A stretch of 64,000 nucleotides of DNA, taken from assembly GCA_965248695.1 (NCBI GenBank), contig CBDFKD010000002.1, positions 2,368,001-2,432,000 on the forward strand, in the 5' to 3' direction. Under the pieces are notes generated by a model. That model saw nothing but the letters and a program-made list of their open reading frames with translations, did not search any database and was not told where the DNA came from. Shown piece by piece: positions 1 to 9,700 of this stretch. Source of the DNA: Acidobacteriota bacterium. GTDB taxonomy: Bacteria; Acidobacteriota; UBA890; WLXD01. The position numbers and the translations under genes were made by a program. How positions within the stretch are numbered: the stretch's first letter is position 1; every line of letters starts with the position of its first letter.

Positions 1-2
1 CC

Positions 3-815
3 GGCCGGCCGGAACATCTGGAGTCGGAGCGACCGTGGCCTGAGCGAGTCACGATCCAGGCTCGTGCACGTGCTGGCGGACGCGAGTACACGGAGGGATT
101 TCAGCGCATCGCGCATCGGGACCTCACCCCGACCCATCTCTACTCAGCGGCGCGCGTCGACGTGATACCCGTACATGTGGCGGTCGCCATGGATCTTGAC
201 GCCGGTTACGTCATGGGGGTCGGCGACGACGTCCCTGCGGCGATCGAGCAACTCGGCATACCGCTGCGGCTTCTCTCGGCAGCTGACCTGTCCGGCGGCG
301 ACCTCTCCGACTACGACGTAATCGTGGTCGGTACCCGAGCCTACTCGGTGAGGCCCGATCTGATCGCCGCCAACGCCCGCCTGCTGGAATACGCACGAGC
401 GGGCGGCAACCTGGTCGTTCTGTACCAGACGCAGGAGTACACGCCCGAGAGCCAGGCGCCGTACCCGGCGTCGTTGCCGCGCAGCGCTCAGGAGGTCTCT
501 GAGCAGGACGCTCCGGTCGCCCTCCTGGCCCCTGATCACCAGCTACTCACCACTCCGAACCGCATCGGCGCCGCCGACTTCGACGGCTGGATCGAGCAGC
601 GCGGCTCGAAGTTCTTCACCACCTGGTCGAGCGAGTACACCCCTTTGATCGAGACCCACGACACCGGTCAATCACCTCAGCGCGGTGTCTGGCTGACGGC
701 AGAGGTCGGTGATGGCCACTTCACCTACGCGGCGATCGCGCTCCACCGCCAGCTCCCGTACGGTGTGCCGGGCGCGTACAGGATTCTCGCCAACCTGCTA
801 TCTCTGGGCGGCTGA
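3..815 (+). CDS. C-terminal part of a PIG-L/LmbE-family protein (class I glutamine amidotransferase-like C-terminal domain); 5'-partial
   Basis: Frame is open from the window edge into ORF 162..815. The motifs GYVMGVGDDVP, YDVIVVGTRAY, DFDGWIEQRG and RQLPYGVPGAYRILANL are typical of the C-terminus of large LmbE-like proteins. Confidence 0.75.
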   Translation, partial: GRPEHLESERPWPERVTIQARARAGGREYTEGFQRIAHRDLTPTHLYSAARVDVIPVHVAVAMDLDAGYVMGVGDDVPAAIEQLGIPLRLLSAADLSGGDLSDYDVIVVGTRAYSVRPDLIAANARLLEYARAGGNLVVLYQTQEYTPESQAPYPASLPRSAQEVSEQDAPVALLAPDHQLLTTPNRIGAADFDGWIEQRGSKFFTTWSSEYTPLIETHDTGQSPQRGVWLTAEVGDGHFTYAAIALHRQLPYGVPGAYRILANLLSLGG

Positions 816-837
816 GACAGCTGACGAGGACCGCGCC

Positions 838-861
838 GCGCTGACGTGCTCGGGTCAGCGC
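838..861. terminator. Hairpin between convergent genes (possible terminator)
   Basis: GCGCTGAC-N8-GTCAGCGC inverted repeat with no U-tract. Confidence 0.3.
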
Positions 862-888
862 CATCAGGCCCCACGATCGGCAGATCCG

Positions 889-2700
889 CTACGGAGTGAA
901 CGCCCGATAGTAGTCGGCTCCGGAAAGTTGCGCGTGTAGCGTCTTGCCGGACGCGAGGGCGCCGAAGCGGATCCGCTCGGCGGCGTTCTCGTTGCCGACG
1001 GCGAAAACACCTTCCTCGAGCGGGATGAGCCGCATCGCAAATCCTCCGGGATAGAGCAGGTACAGTTCGCCCTTGCGAGCCAGGACGCGGAAGTTGCCGG
1101 TCCACGGGTTGTGTGAGCGATAGTGGCCCTCGTAGGCGCGCCACGACTCCGGAAGCTCGAAGCTCTGGGGTCCCCTGTAGCGCTCGTGGCGGAACCACTC
1201 GGCGCCGTGGAACGCCTCCACCACGGCGCCGTCCTCACGCCCGACGACCAGCGGGAACCGGGCGAACTCCGGGTCGTCGACGATGAAGGCGTCGTTCCGC
1301 ATCCGCAACACGGGGATCCGTCGAGAATCCGACTCCGACTCCGACCCGCCGGCGGTCGCAACCTGCAGGAAGAGCCGGCCTGCGTCCGCCACGACCGTCA
1401 TCAGCCTGGAGTCGGATCGGTAGGTTCCGATGTAGTCCTCGGCGTCGTCGACGTGCTCACGGTCCCGCGTCGGCGGCGGCTCGGGCAGCTCCTTGCCAGC
1501 GCGAACCGCCACGGCGAGGTCGAGCGCGAAGCGCGCCACCGCTCCGGCCGGGCCGGAGCCGTTGACCATCACCGCCGCACCCAAACCGGCGCCCGGATCA
1601 GCGATGATGCTCGACACGAACGACAGATGGCCACCGCCATGCGACAGCAACGTACGTCCGTCCAGATCCGCGACGCCGATGCCGTAGCCGTAGTAGCTGT
1701 TGTCGCCAGACTCCGTTTCGCGGTTGGTGAACAACTCGAAGCTGTCCTCGGACAGGATGCGGCCGGCGGGGCCCTGGCCACCGTTGAGCAGCATGCGAAC
1801 GTAGGCGGCCATGTCGGCGGGAGTCGAGGCGACGCTGCCATCGCCAGCACCGTACTCATGCCATTCGGCCGGGACCATGGGAGCCCCCGGAAGCGTCGGG
1901 CGATCGTCGTACGCCGGCCGGTAGGCGGTGGCAGAGAGCAATCGCGTTGCGGTGGTAACGGAACCGTGCGACGCCGTCATGCCGAGCGGATCGAGAATGC
2001 CGGCCTCCAGAGTCGCGCCCAGGGGTTCGCCGCGGACCGCCTCGAGCAGCACCCCGAGGGTCTTATAGCCAACGTTGGAGTAGTGAAAGCGATCGGCGGC
2101 CGGACCGATCGCCAGCCGCGAGTCGCGCAAGCTCCACGCCTCGTAGTGGCCGTGCGGTGCCAGATCGGAGCCGTTGATGATCCCCGCCGTATGGGTGAGC
2201 AGCTCGTGCACCGTAATCGGTTGCCGACTGGAGTCGACCTCGAACCACGGTAGGTAGTCGTGTACCGGTGCCTGTAGATCGATGGTTCCGCGCTCGTGCT
2301 CCTGCAGGATGCCGATGGCGGTAAACGACTTGCCGATGGAGCCCATCAGAAACAACGTCTCCGGTTGCACCGGGGCGCGCGCATCGAGGTTGGCAAAGCC
2401 GTAGGTCCAGACGCCCAGCACACGGTCCGCGTCGGTCAGCGACAGCGCCATGCCGGGCAGGGCCGATTCATCCATTTGCTGTCGAACGTACTGGTCCAGG
2501 CGAGCGAAAGCCTCGTCCCATGGCTCGCCGAGATCGGCGGCGACCTCCTTGTACTGGAGGCCGGTCGGTCGGTTCCCGTTGTCGGCGGCATTGCTGCAGG
2601 CGCTGGCGACGATCAAGACGCCGGCGAGCGTTCCGCTGGTCAACCAGGCCCGACAACTAGACGTCGCGTACCTCGAATGACTCCGTTCTGGTTGCGTCAT
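889..2700 (-). CDS. Serine hydrolase, beta-lactamase class C/AmpC-like family, probable lipoprotein
   Basis: SxxK (GSIGK), LLTHTAG, YxN (FHYSN) and HGG motifs. The N-terminal hydrophobic stretch ends in ASAC. Confidence 0.85.
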   Translation of the reverse strand: MTQPERSHSRYATSSCRAWLTSGTLAGVLIVASACSNAADNGNRPTGLQYKEVAADLGEPWDEAFARLDQYVRQQMDESALPGMALSLTDADRVLGVWTYGFANLDARAPVQPETLFLMGSIGKSFTAIGILQEHERGTIDLQAPVHDYLPWFEVDSSRQPITVHELLTHTAGIINGSDLAPHGHYEAWSLRDSRLAIGPAADRFHYSNVGYKTLGVLLEAVRGEPLGATLEAGILDPLGMTASHGSVTTATRLLSATAYRPAYDDRPTLPGAPMVPAEWHEYGAGDGSVASTPADMAAYVRMLLNGGQGPAGRILSEDSFELFTNRETESGDNSYYGYGIGVADLDGRTLLSHGGGHLSFVSSIIADPGAGLGAAVMVNGSGPAGAVARFALDLAVAVRAGKELPEPPPTRDREHVDDAEDYIGTYRSDSRLMTVVADAGRLFLQVATAGGSESESDSRRIPVLRMRNDAFIVDDPEFARFPLVVGREDGAVVEAFHGAEWFRHERYRGPQSFELPESWRAYEGHYRSHNPWTGNFRVLARKGELYLLYPGGFAMRLIPLEEGVFAVGNENAAERIRFGALASGKTLHAQLSGADYYRAFTP

Positions 2701-2773
2701 GGTTGGTAACTCCAGGGCTTCCGTTGAAAGTGACCGCGCTCAGATACCTTTTGCATCGTGCGATCGCTCGATC

Positions 2774-3796
2774 CTATTCGTCGAAGACGTCCAGATGGTG
2801 GGTATAGGCGAGCCCCTGATGCTGCATGGCCCGACGGTAGTTCACCGCAACGGCATCGAACTTCAGATGCAGCTCGTCGGCCAGATCGAAAGGAACCTGA
2901 TCCGGGCGCTGCGACTCGACGATGACCTGATCCTGCCCGAAGATCGTCGCTTCGAAGTCCTGCAGAACGGTGTCCGGCTCGTCCAGGTCGTAGTTCCGGC
3001 CGATGATGCAGTAGCCGCGACATTGCTCCCCGGAGATAGGCTGCGAGGCGAAGAAATACACCATCCCCTTGGAACCACCCCATCCCAGTCGGAGCACGAT
3101 GGTGTAGGGCAGATGCAACTCATACAGGCTGTGCCGCTCGGGTTTGACGATGTCGTCATTGGCAAACACTGGAAAGTCATCTGAATTAGCAGCCTCGGGG
3201 CGCACGACCTCCTAGTGCAGGACGTGGCCGCGGATCTCGACGTCATGATCTGGCACCAGCGGGCGCGATGGGTCTCCCAGCAGTCCTGGATGTACCCACG
3301 GAAAGTGGCCGAAGTCGGTGAAGTTCTCTACCTGCCTGGAGGCATCGCTGGCCCAGCTGAACGGCCCGGTATTGACCACCTTCCAGTCAGCGTCTTCGAG
3401 CTCGGGAATCTCCGGCAACGCGTAGACAGGATCAGCCAACGACACCCAGATGAGCCCGTATCGCTCAAGGCACGTGTAGACCGGCGTCCGCGCCTTGGCC
3501 GGTATCGTTTGGTGCTTACTCTGCGGAATGTGCACACAGGCGCCTGAGGCATCGTATTTCCACGCATGGTACGGACAGACGATGCAGTCATCCTCGAGCC
3601 GGCCAAGGGAAAGCGCCGTGCCGCGGTGTATACAGACGTCGCGCATGGCCCGCGGGATTCCGTCTGTCGTACGCCAGACCACAACCGGCTCTTCCAGCAA
3701 TGTGACAGACAGTGGTACCTCGGCTGAGACCTCGTGCGCGTAGCTCACCGGATGCCAGCATCCGTAGAGGTTGTCCGGGAGGGCTCGGCGGTGCAT
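2774..3796 (-). pseudogene. Rieske non-heme iron oxygenase alpha subunit (VanA/NdmA-like) interrupted by one in-frame TAG at 3212-3214
   Basis: CIHRG..CPYHAW and ENFTDFGHFPWVH motifs lie in 3212..3796. The same frame continues as GHVLH*EVVRPE into a VanA-like C-terminus (IFGQDQVIVESQRP). Confidence 0.8.
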
Positions 3797-3931
3797 TTCG
3801 GGTCTCCAAACAGCGGATTCTCAGAGGCCACTTGATATGGGCTGGCACTTGGTACCTCATTGAACCGATGCTGACAAGATGTCGTGGTCGGTGCCTCGTC
3901 AGCGGACACTTCGGCTCCAGGAGGAAGGACG

Positions 3932-4459
3932 ATGAGGTGGATGCGCGTTTCCCTAGTACTGGTCGCGATTGCTGGGGCGGTCGTCCTCATCGCGGCGCTG
4001 CGCGGCCCTGCGCCGGAGTCTCCGGTGCAGCCAGCACATATCAACGCGGCGAGTGTCCCCTGGCACGTCTCCGAGGCCGGTGAGCGGCGCTCGAACAGAA
4101 TCATCGGCAGCAACCTGATTCCTGACGACGACGTACACGTCGGACTTTGGGAGCTCGCGCCGCGGGCGATCTACGCTGGCCATGTTCATCCGGTGCCGGA
4201 GTTCTACGTCCTCATCGAAGGACACGTCGAGTGGACCCTCGGCGATGAAACGTTCGTTGCCGAACCCGGCGAGTTCATCTACATCGCCCCGAGCACGATG
4301 CATCGGATGGTGAACGTGACAGACGGCGTAGCGCGGGCGGTCTGGGGCCGCTGGGCTCCGAACGGCGACCGCAGCGTGTACGAGGGCGAGTCTCGGTATG
4401 TGGAGCCGATCCCGGAACAACCGCCGGATGCAGTGTTGTTCCCGACACCTGGACAGTAA
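3932..4459 (+). CDS. Cupin-domain protein with N-terminal signal/membrane anchor
   Basis: AGGAGG lies before ATG 3932. HVHPVPEFYVLIEG and GEFIYIAPSTMH cupin motifs; hydrophobic N-terminus. Confidence 0.8.
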   Translation: MRWMRVSLVLVAIAGAVVLIAALRGPAPESPVQPAHINAASVPWHVSEAGERRSNRIIGSNLIPDDDVHVGLWELAPRAIYAGHVHPVPEFYVLIEGHVEWTLGDETFVAEPGEFIYIAPSTMHRMVNVTDGVARAVWGRWAPNGDRSVYEGESRYVEPIPEQPPDAVLFPTPGQ

Positions 4460-4588
4460 GGCTGCGCTCGGGCAACCTGCGGGCACACCGTGGTGGCAAC
4501 ACTGCAGTGGCAACTCTGCGTTGGCGCCGCGCCGGTAGCTAGCCAGCCGATAGCCCGTACACTTAGCACAAGCGCACGTGGGGACGCC

Positions 4589-6598
4589 GTGAAGGAGACC
4601 GACCGCAGGCTCGGAATGGACCGCGATATCACGCGCCGCGATTTCCTCAACGGCACCAGCGTTGCGATCGGCGGCTCACTGCTGGCCGCCGGAACTGCCA
4701 ACGCATCTCCCGCCGCAGCCGAGGCTACGGCAAAGCAGACAGCGCTGCCCTACCCCCCGACCTGGGAAGTGGGCAACAACTACCCACCCAGGCTCACGGG
4801 CATGCGCGGCAGCCATCCGGGCTCGTTCGAGGTGGCGCATGCGGTACGCGATGGTAAGCGCTACGACGACGTCACCGACCTCGACGAGACCTACGATCTA
4901 ATCGTCGTCGGCGGCGGGCTCAGCGGGCTGGCGGCGGCGTACTTCTTCAAGAAAGCGCTGCCGGACTCGAAGGTCCTTATCCTCGACAATCACGACGACT
5001 TCGGCGGGCAAGCGAAGCGCAACGAATTCGAGGTCGACGGCCGCACGGTGGTTACCTACGGCGGCAGCGTGTACATGACGGGCGCCTACACCCACGAGGC
5101 CATGGACATGCTCGCGGACATCGGCCTCGATTGGGACCGATTCAATCGCACCACCGCGACGAGCTACGAGCTGTATGGAGATGGCTACGGAGGCATCGGC
5201 TCGATGGGCCTCGAGGCGGGCGTGCTGTTCGATCGCGAGACCTTCGGGGAGGATCACCTCGCAGTCGGCGAGCCTCAGGGCCGCGCCAGCGCCGCGGACT
5301 GGGAGCAGTTCCTCGCCGGCGCGCCGCTTTCTGCGCAGGCGAAGCGCGACATCGTCCGGTTGTACACCGAGAACGCCGACTATCTGCCGGGCCTCAGCCG
5401 CGAGGCGAAGATCGCCAAGCTACGGCGAATCAGCTATCAGCAGTACATTCTCGACGTGGTCGGTGTGACGCCGGATGTCGTTCCCTACTTCCTGAAACAG
5501 ACGCTCGGCGGGCCGAACGGCGCCGCCGGGATCGATTCGGTGAGCGCCTACGTCGCTTACCGACACAACTCGCTCCCCGGCTTCGGCGGCTTGGAGCTCG
5601 GCGATCGCCCGCCCCGCAACTTTCTCGGCGCTCGCAGCCCGGTCGAGCGCATCCACTTCCCCGACGGCAACGCCGGGCTCGCCCGACTGATCGTGCGCTG
5701 GCTCAACCCCGCCGCGCTGCCCGGCAGCACGATGGAGGACTCGGTCACCACACCGGTGAGCTACGAGAGGTTGGACCGGCCCGAAGACGATGTCCGTATC
5801 CGGCTCAACAGCACCGTGATCGACGCCACCCACGTGGGCGAGCGCCGCACCGCCAGCGAGGTAGCCGTCACCTACGTCAACGGCGACAAGGCATACCGCG
5901 TGCGTGGCAGCACCTGCGTGATGGGCTGCTACAACGCCGTGATTCCGCACCTCATGCGAGATCTACCATCGGAGCAGAAAGAAGCGCTCCACATGGCGGT
6001 GCGCACGGCGCGCGTCTACACCAACGTGCTGGTCCGCAACTGGCGCCCGTTCGTCAAGCTCGGCATCAACGGCGCTCACTGCCCCGGCAGCTTCCACCAG
6101 TTCTTCAGCCTCAGCTGGACGACCCGGATCGGTGACTACCGCTATACCGAGTCGCCCGACGAGCCGATCGTCGTGCGCATGAACCGCGATCCGATCGCGC
6201 CGGGTCTCAGCGCTCGCGACCAGTTCCGCGCCGGGCGCGAGAACATCCTCGCGACCTCCTTCGAGGACTACGAGCGCAACGTCCGCGACCAGCTGAACCG
6301 CGCGCTGGGGGCGGGCGGATTCGACGCCGCCGACGACATCCTGGCGATCACCGTCAACCGCTGGCCGCACGGCTATGCCGGCGCCGCCAACGAGCTCTAC
6401 GACCCTGAATGGGGCTACGACGAGCCCCCATGGGTCAAGGGACGCAAGCGCTTCGGCCGCATCACGATCGCCAACACCGACGCCGCCGCTATCTGCCTCG
6501 CCCAGGCGGCATTCGACCAGGCACATCGGGCCGTGAGTGAGCTGCTAACCGACGTGCTGCGTCCGGAGTTCCAGTACCCCTGGGCGGAGAGGACGTAG
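4589..6598 (+). CDS. Tat-exported FAD-dependent oxidoreductase, spermidine dehydrogenase SpdH-like
   Basis: ITRRDFLNG Tat motif; YPPRLTGMRGSHPGSFEVAH, VVGGGLSG, NHDDFGGQAKRNEF, HFPDGN and NRWPHGY resemble SpdH. Start placed at GTG 4589. Confidence 0.8.
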   Translation: MKETDRRLGMDRDITRRDFLNGTSVAIGGSLLAAGTANASPAAAEATAKQTALPYPPTWEVGNNYPPRLTGMRGSHPGSFEVAHAVRDGKRYDDVTDLDETYDLIVVGGGLSGLAAAYFFKKALPDSKVLILDNHDDFGGQAKRNEFEVDGRTVVTYGGSVYMTGAYTHEAMDMLADIGLDWDRFNRTTATSYELYGDGYGGIGSMGLEAGVLFDRETFGEDHLAVGEPQGRASAADWEQFLAGAPLSAQAKRDIVRLYTENADYLPGLSREAKIAKLRRISYQQYILDVVGVTPDVVPYFLKQTLGGPNGAAGIDSVSAYVAYRHNSLPGFGGLELGDRPPRNFLGARSPVERIHFPDGNAGLARLIVRWLNPAALPGSTMEDSVTTPVSYERLDRPEDDVRIRLNSTVIDATHVGERRTASEVAVTYVNGDKAYRVRGSTCVMGCYNAVIPHLMRDLPSEQKEALHMAVRTARVYTNVLVRNWRPFVKLGINGAHCPGSFHQFFSLSWTTRIGDYRYTESPDEPIVVRMNRDPIAPGLSARDQFRAGRENILATSFEDYERNVRDQLNRALGAGGFDAADDILAITVNRWPHGYAGAANELYDPEWGYDEPPWVKGRKRFGRITIANTDAAAICLAQAAFDQAHRAVSELLTDVLRPEFQYPWAERT

Positions 6599-6632
6599 GC
6601 GAGCCACCCCGCCGACGAGGAAGAACCCGGTG

Positions 6633-8159
6633 TCAGTCTCCGGACTTGATGACCTCGTTCATGTACCAGTTCATGAACCGGGACGGGCCGCCCTCGTGCT
6701 TGGAGTAACGACCCGCGCCGTACGCACCCGACTCGACGCCCGCGTGGTTGTTAGCGGTGATCCAGATGTCCTCCTGGATCGTGACGTGCCACAGCGCTTT
6801 GACATTGTCGGGGTCGAAGTCGCGACCCTCGACGGCGTCGGGATGCACCAGCCAGACGATCTCGCAATCGGTGAACTTCTCTGTCCGCGGCGTGAACCGG
6901 GCCACCGCAACGTGGTCGTCGTAGCACTGCCAGTAGCCGGTCGACTCGGCCGTCGTGACCACGTTGGTCTCGTTGTTCCACTCCTGGATGTTGGGCAGGA
7001 GGATCGAGACCGCCTGGCCGTCGAGCGACCCGCTCACGTAACCGGGATTCAGCATGCCGCCGAAGCTCGGGTAGTTGTCCCCTCCCATGCCTTCGCCCAT
7101 GCCCTCGCCGGTCTGCGGACGACGGTTACGCCACGCCTTTTCCGGAACCCACGCGGCGACTGCAGACGCACGCTCCCGTCGCTGTTCCTCGGTGACCTCG
7201 TTGCTCCAGTTGTGGGTGGTGACCAACGATGTGTGCGACGGGCCGCAGTGGTAGCACTCCTTGAAGTTTTCCAGCGCCAGCTTCCAGTTGGCGTTGATCG
7301 CGTAGTACTCGCGCGCCGCGACCTTCAGGTCCGCGAGGCTGTACTTGTCGGCAATGCCACGCAGGCGGCTGACGGCCGTGTCGAAGTCCGGCGGTGTATC
7401 GGACTGCGACAGGTTGACGAACACCTGCCCCGCCTCCACCCGTAGGTGACACGGGGTCAACCCGTTGTCCGCCGGATCGAAGTCATCCTGCATGCCGTAG
7501 GCGTAGATGAGGCTGCCCTCGGTGTCGTAGGTCCACGCGTGGTACGGGCACCGGAACACTGGCGAGCTGCCGCTCTGGCCGAGTTGCTTGACGGACAGGC
7601 GCGGGTCACTCGGCTTCTCGTCGGCGTCGTGGCGGCACAGCCGCGATCCGCGATGTCGGCAGACGTTGTAGAAGCCGCGGATCTCGTTGTCCTGTCCACG
7701 CACGATCAGAATCGACTCCGAACGCCCGAACTCAAATACGTAGAAGTCTCCCGGGTTCGGAATCCGGCTCGCCTGGTCGGTGTACTGCCAGAAGTTCTCG
7801 GCAACGAACGCCTCGTCGCCGTCGAAGTGATTCGCCTCCACGTAGTACTCGGCCGGGATCGTCGTACCTTCCTTCCAGCCGTTGACGCTCGGCCGCTTGG
7901 CGACCGGCTCGGTCAGCAGCGGCGCGCCGTAGCCGCCGTAGCCGATGTTCTCGTTCGGCAGCTCGACCCGCCCTCCGCGCGCATAGGTCGCCGTGCTCGC
8001 CGGCGCCGAGGACGGCGTGGCTCCGAGCAACGACTTCGGCAATGCGACGGCGGCCGTACCAGCAGCCACCGACGTCTTCGCGAAGGCGCGCCGGCTCAGC
8101 TTCGTTTCAACAGCTCCTGTCTCGACACTGCTCGTCTCGCCCGAGTCTCGCTTGCTCAT
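6633..8159 (-). CDS. Rieske oxygenase alpha subunit (GbcA/choline monooxygenase-like) with Tat signal
   Basis: GGAGG lies before ATG 8159. LSRRAFAK Tat motif; CRH..CPYH Rieske ligands; NWKLALENFKECYHC..SH and QED mononuclear iron site. Confidence 0.85.
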   Translation of the reverse strand: MSKRDSGETSSVETGAVETKLSRRAFAKTSVAAGTAAVALPKSLLGATPSSAPASTATYARGGRVELPNENIGYGGYGAPLLTEPVAKRPSVNGWKEGTTIPAEYYVEANHFDGDEAFVAENFWQYTDQASRIPNPGDFYVFEFGRSESILIVRGQDNEIRGFYNVCRHRGSRLCRHDADEKPSDPRLSVKQLGQSGSSPVFRCPYHAWTYDTEGSLIYAYGMQDDFDPADNGLTPCHLRVEAGQVFVNLSQSDTPPDFDTAVSRLRGIADKYSLADLKVAAREYYAINANWKLALENFKECYHCGPSHTSLVTTHNWSNEVTEEQRRERASAVAAWVPEKAWRNRRPQTGEGMGEGMGGDNYPSFGGMLNPGYVSGSLDGQAVSILLPNIQEWNNETNVVTTAESTGYWQCYDDHVAVARFTPRTEKFTDCEIVWLVHPDAVEGRDFDPDNVKALWHVTIQEDIWITANNHAGVESGAYGAGRYSKHEGGPSRFMNWYMNEVIKSGD

Positions 8160-8361
8160 CACATCCTCCATCGGCCCAACCGGGAGCACCGTTCGCTCCC
8201 TTCGTTGTAGCGAGCGTTCCACAACACAGTGCCATTGACAATGGTGTGGCGTCTTCCTTGCTGGAGTTGGTCTCTTGGACCGGGACGCCATGGACCTCTG
8301 GGAGCCACTTGCTACACTCCGGGCGCAGCCCGGCTCACGGACAGTGGCAAGGGAGGAGTCG

Positions 8362-9699
8362 ATGGAGTTCGCACGCTTCCGGACAGCCGCAGGGTTCACG
8401 CTCCTCGCGGCAGGCCTACTGACTGCCTGCAGTGCGCCTGGAGATGACTCTCCCGAGCCGTCGGCGCCTCGACAGACGGCCGAGTTCGAGGCCACGTCGA
8501 CGGTGGAGGAAACGCTCCGAAGACACCGTGCGATTCCAACGGAAACGGCGTGGTGGGACGCGGTCGGTGAGCAGCTCGCCTGGAGTCACCGCAACGTCCA
8601 CCAGATCGCACCGACGGTAAACGTCTACCGGGACGGCCAGGTGAAGCCCCTGGCGCGGCGCCCGATGGCGGAGATCGCTCGGTTCCCGGTACAGACGCCC
8701 GATGGAGACCTGGGCTACCGCGATTTCCTCGACAGCGAGCACTCGGCCACCATGGGCATGGTGATCGTGCATCGCGGCGACATCGTGTTCGAGGCCTACC
8801 CGCGCATGCAGCCTTACGAGAAGCCGATCTTCTGGTCGGTGACCAAGGTGTTCACCTCCACCGTGTTGGCCATCCTCGAGGATCGCGGCGAGGTCGACGT
8901 CAGCCAGCCGCTGGAAACCTACATTCCGGAGCTGGAAGGGACCCAGCTGGCGCGCATCACGGTGCGCAACGCGCTCGACATGGCCTCGGGCATCGACTGC
9001 TCCGACGCCTACTCCGATGCGGCATCGTGCTGGAACCACCAGGAAGCGACCCTCGGCAACGGACTGGCGGTGGACATTCCGGAGGACAACCCCTACGACA
9101 TGCTGGTCAACTTCGACTACGGCTTCTGGTCTGAGCAGGGAACCGGGTTCGACTATGCCAGCGCCAACACGGTGCTGATCGGGTGGCTGATCGAGAAGGT
9201 CACCGGCATGCCGTTCCAGGACGCGCTCACACGCGAAGTGTGGAGGCATATCGGCGCCGAAGCCGACGCTTCGATCTTCGCCGGCCGCAACGGGATTCCG
9301 CTGGTGGCGGGCGGGCTACTGGCGAACGTGCGTGACGTGGCGCGCTTCGGCGTGCTGTTCACGCCCAGCCACCGGATGGTCTCGGATCGCAAGATCGTCT
9401 CCGATCGCTATGTCGATCTGATCCTGCACGGCGGCCGACCCGAGTTGCTGGAGAACTCCCGTACTCCGCGTGACACCGACGGCGTGCGGCACAACGTCTA
9501 TCAGTGGGACGTGGTGTTCGACAACGACGACTTCTACAAGGGCGGCTGGGGCGGCCAGGGCCTGTTGATCAACCCCGAGCGCGATTACGTGGCCGCGTAC
9601 GCCGGCTACATCAAGGATGCCGAGGGCAGCGAGATGAACCCACTGTCGGTGCTGCGGCAGGTGCTCGAAGGCGTTTTCGGTACGGAGACCTCACCGTAG
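8362..9699 (+). CDS. Serine hydrolase lipoprotein (6-aminohexanoate-dimer hydrolase-like, beta-lactamase fold)
   Basis: GGAGGAG RBS; lipobox LLTAC; WSVTK, LDMASG, FDYASANT and GWGGQ motifs. Confidence 0.85.
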   Translation: MEFARFRTAAGFTLLAAGLLTACSAPGDDSPEPSAPRQTAEFEATSTVEETLRRHRAIPTETAWWDAVGEQLAWSHRNVHQIAPTVNVYRDGQVKPLARRPMAEIARFPVQTPDGDLGYRDFLDSEHSATMGMVIVHRGDIVFEAYPRMQPYEKPIFWSVTKVFTSTVLAILEDRGEVDVSQPLETYIPELEGTQLARITVRNALDMASGIDCSDAYSDAASCWNHQEATLGNGLAVDIPEDNPYDMLVNFDYGFWSEQGTGFDYASANTVLIGWLIEKVTGMPFQDALTREVWRHIGAEADASIFAGRNGIPLVAGGLLANVRDVARFGVLFTPSHRMVSDRKIVSDRYVDLILHGGRPELLENSRTPRDTDGVRHNVYQWDVVFDNDDFYKGGWGGQGLLINPERDYVAAYAGYIKDAEGSEMNPLSVLRQVLEGVFGTETSP

Positions 9700-9700
9700 C

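Noticed and set aside
2774-3796. Genome-wide TAG recoding
   Set aside because: TAG terminates many genes at their expected C-termini (e.g. 6598, 9699, 13759, 45574, 59774).
4550-4562. ATAGCCCGTACAC shared with the region near 41697
   Set aside because: A single 13-mer match in opposite orientation relative to the nearest downstream genes; it could be chance.
8160-8495. Long N-terminal extensions given by the ORF track (also 4490, 34961, 35210, 41728, 62573)
   Set aside because: Downstream starts have better RBSs or place signal peptides at the N-terminus; several extensions overlap neighbouring genes.
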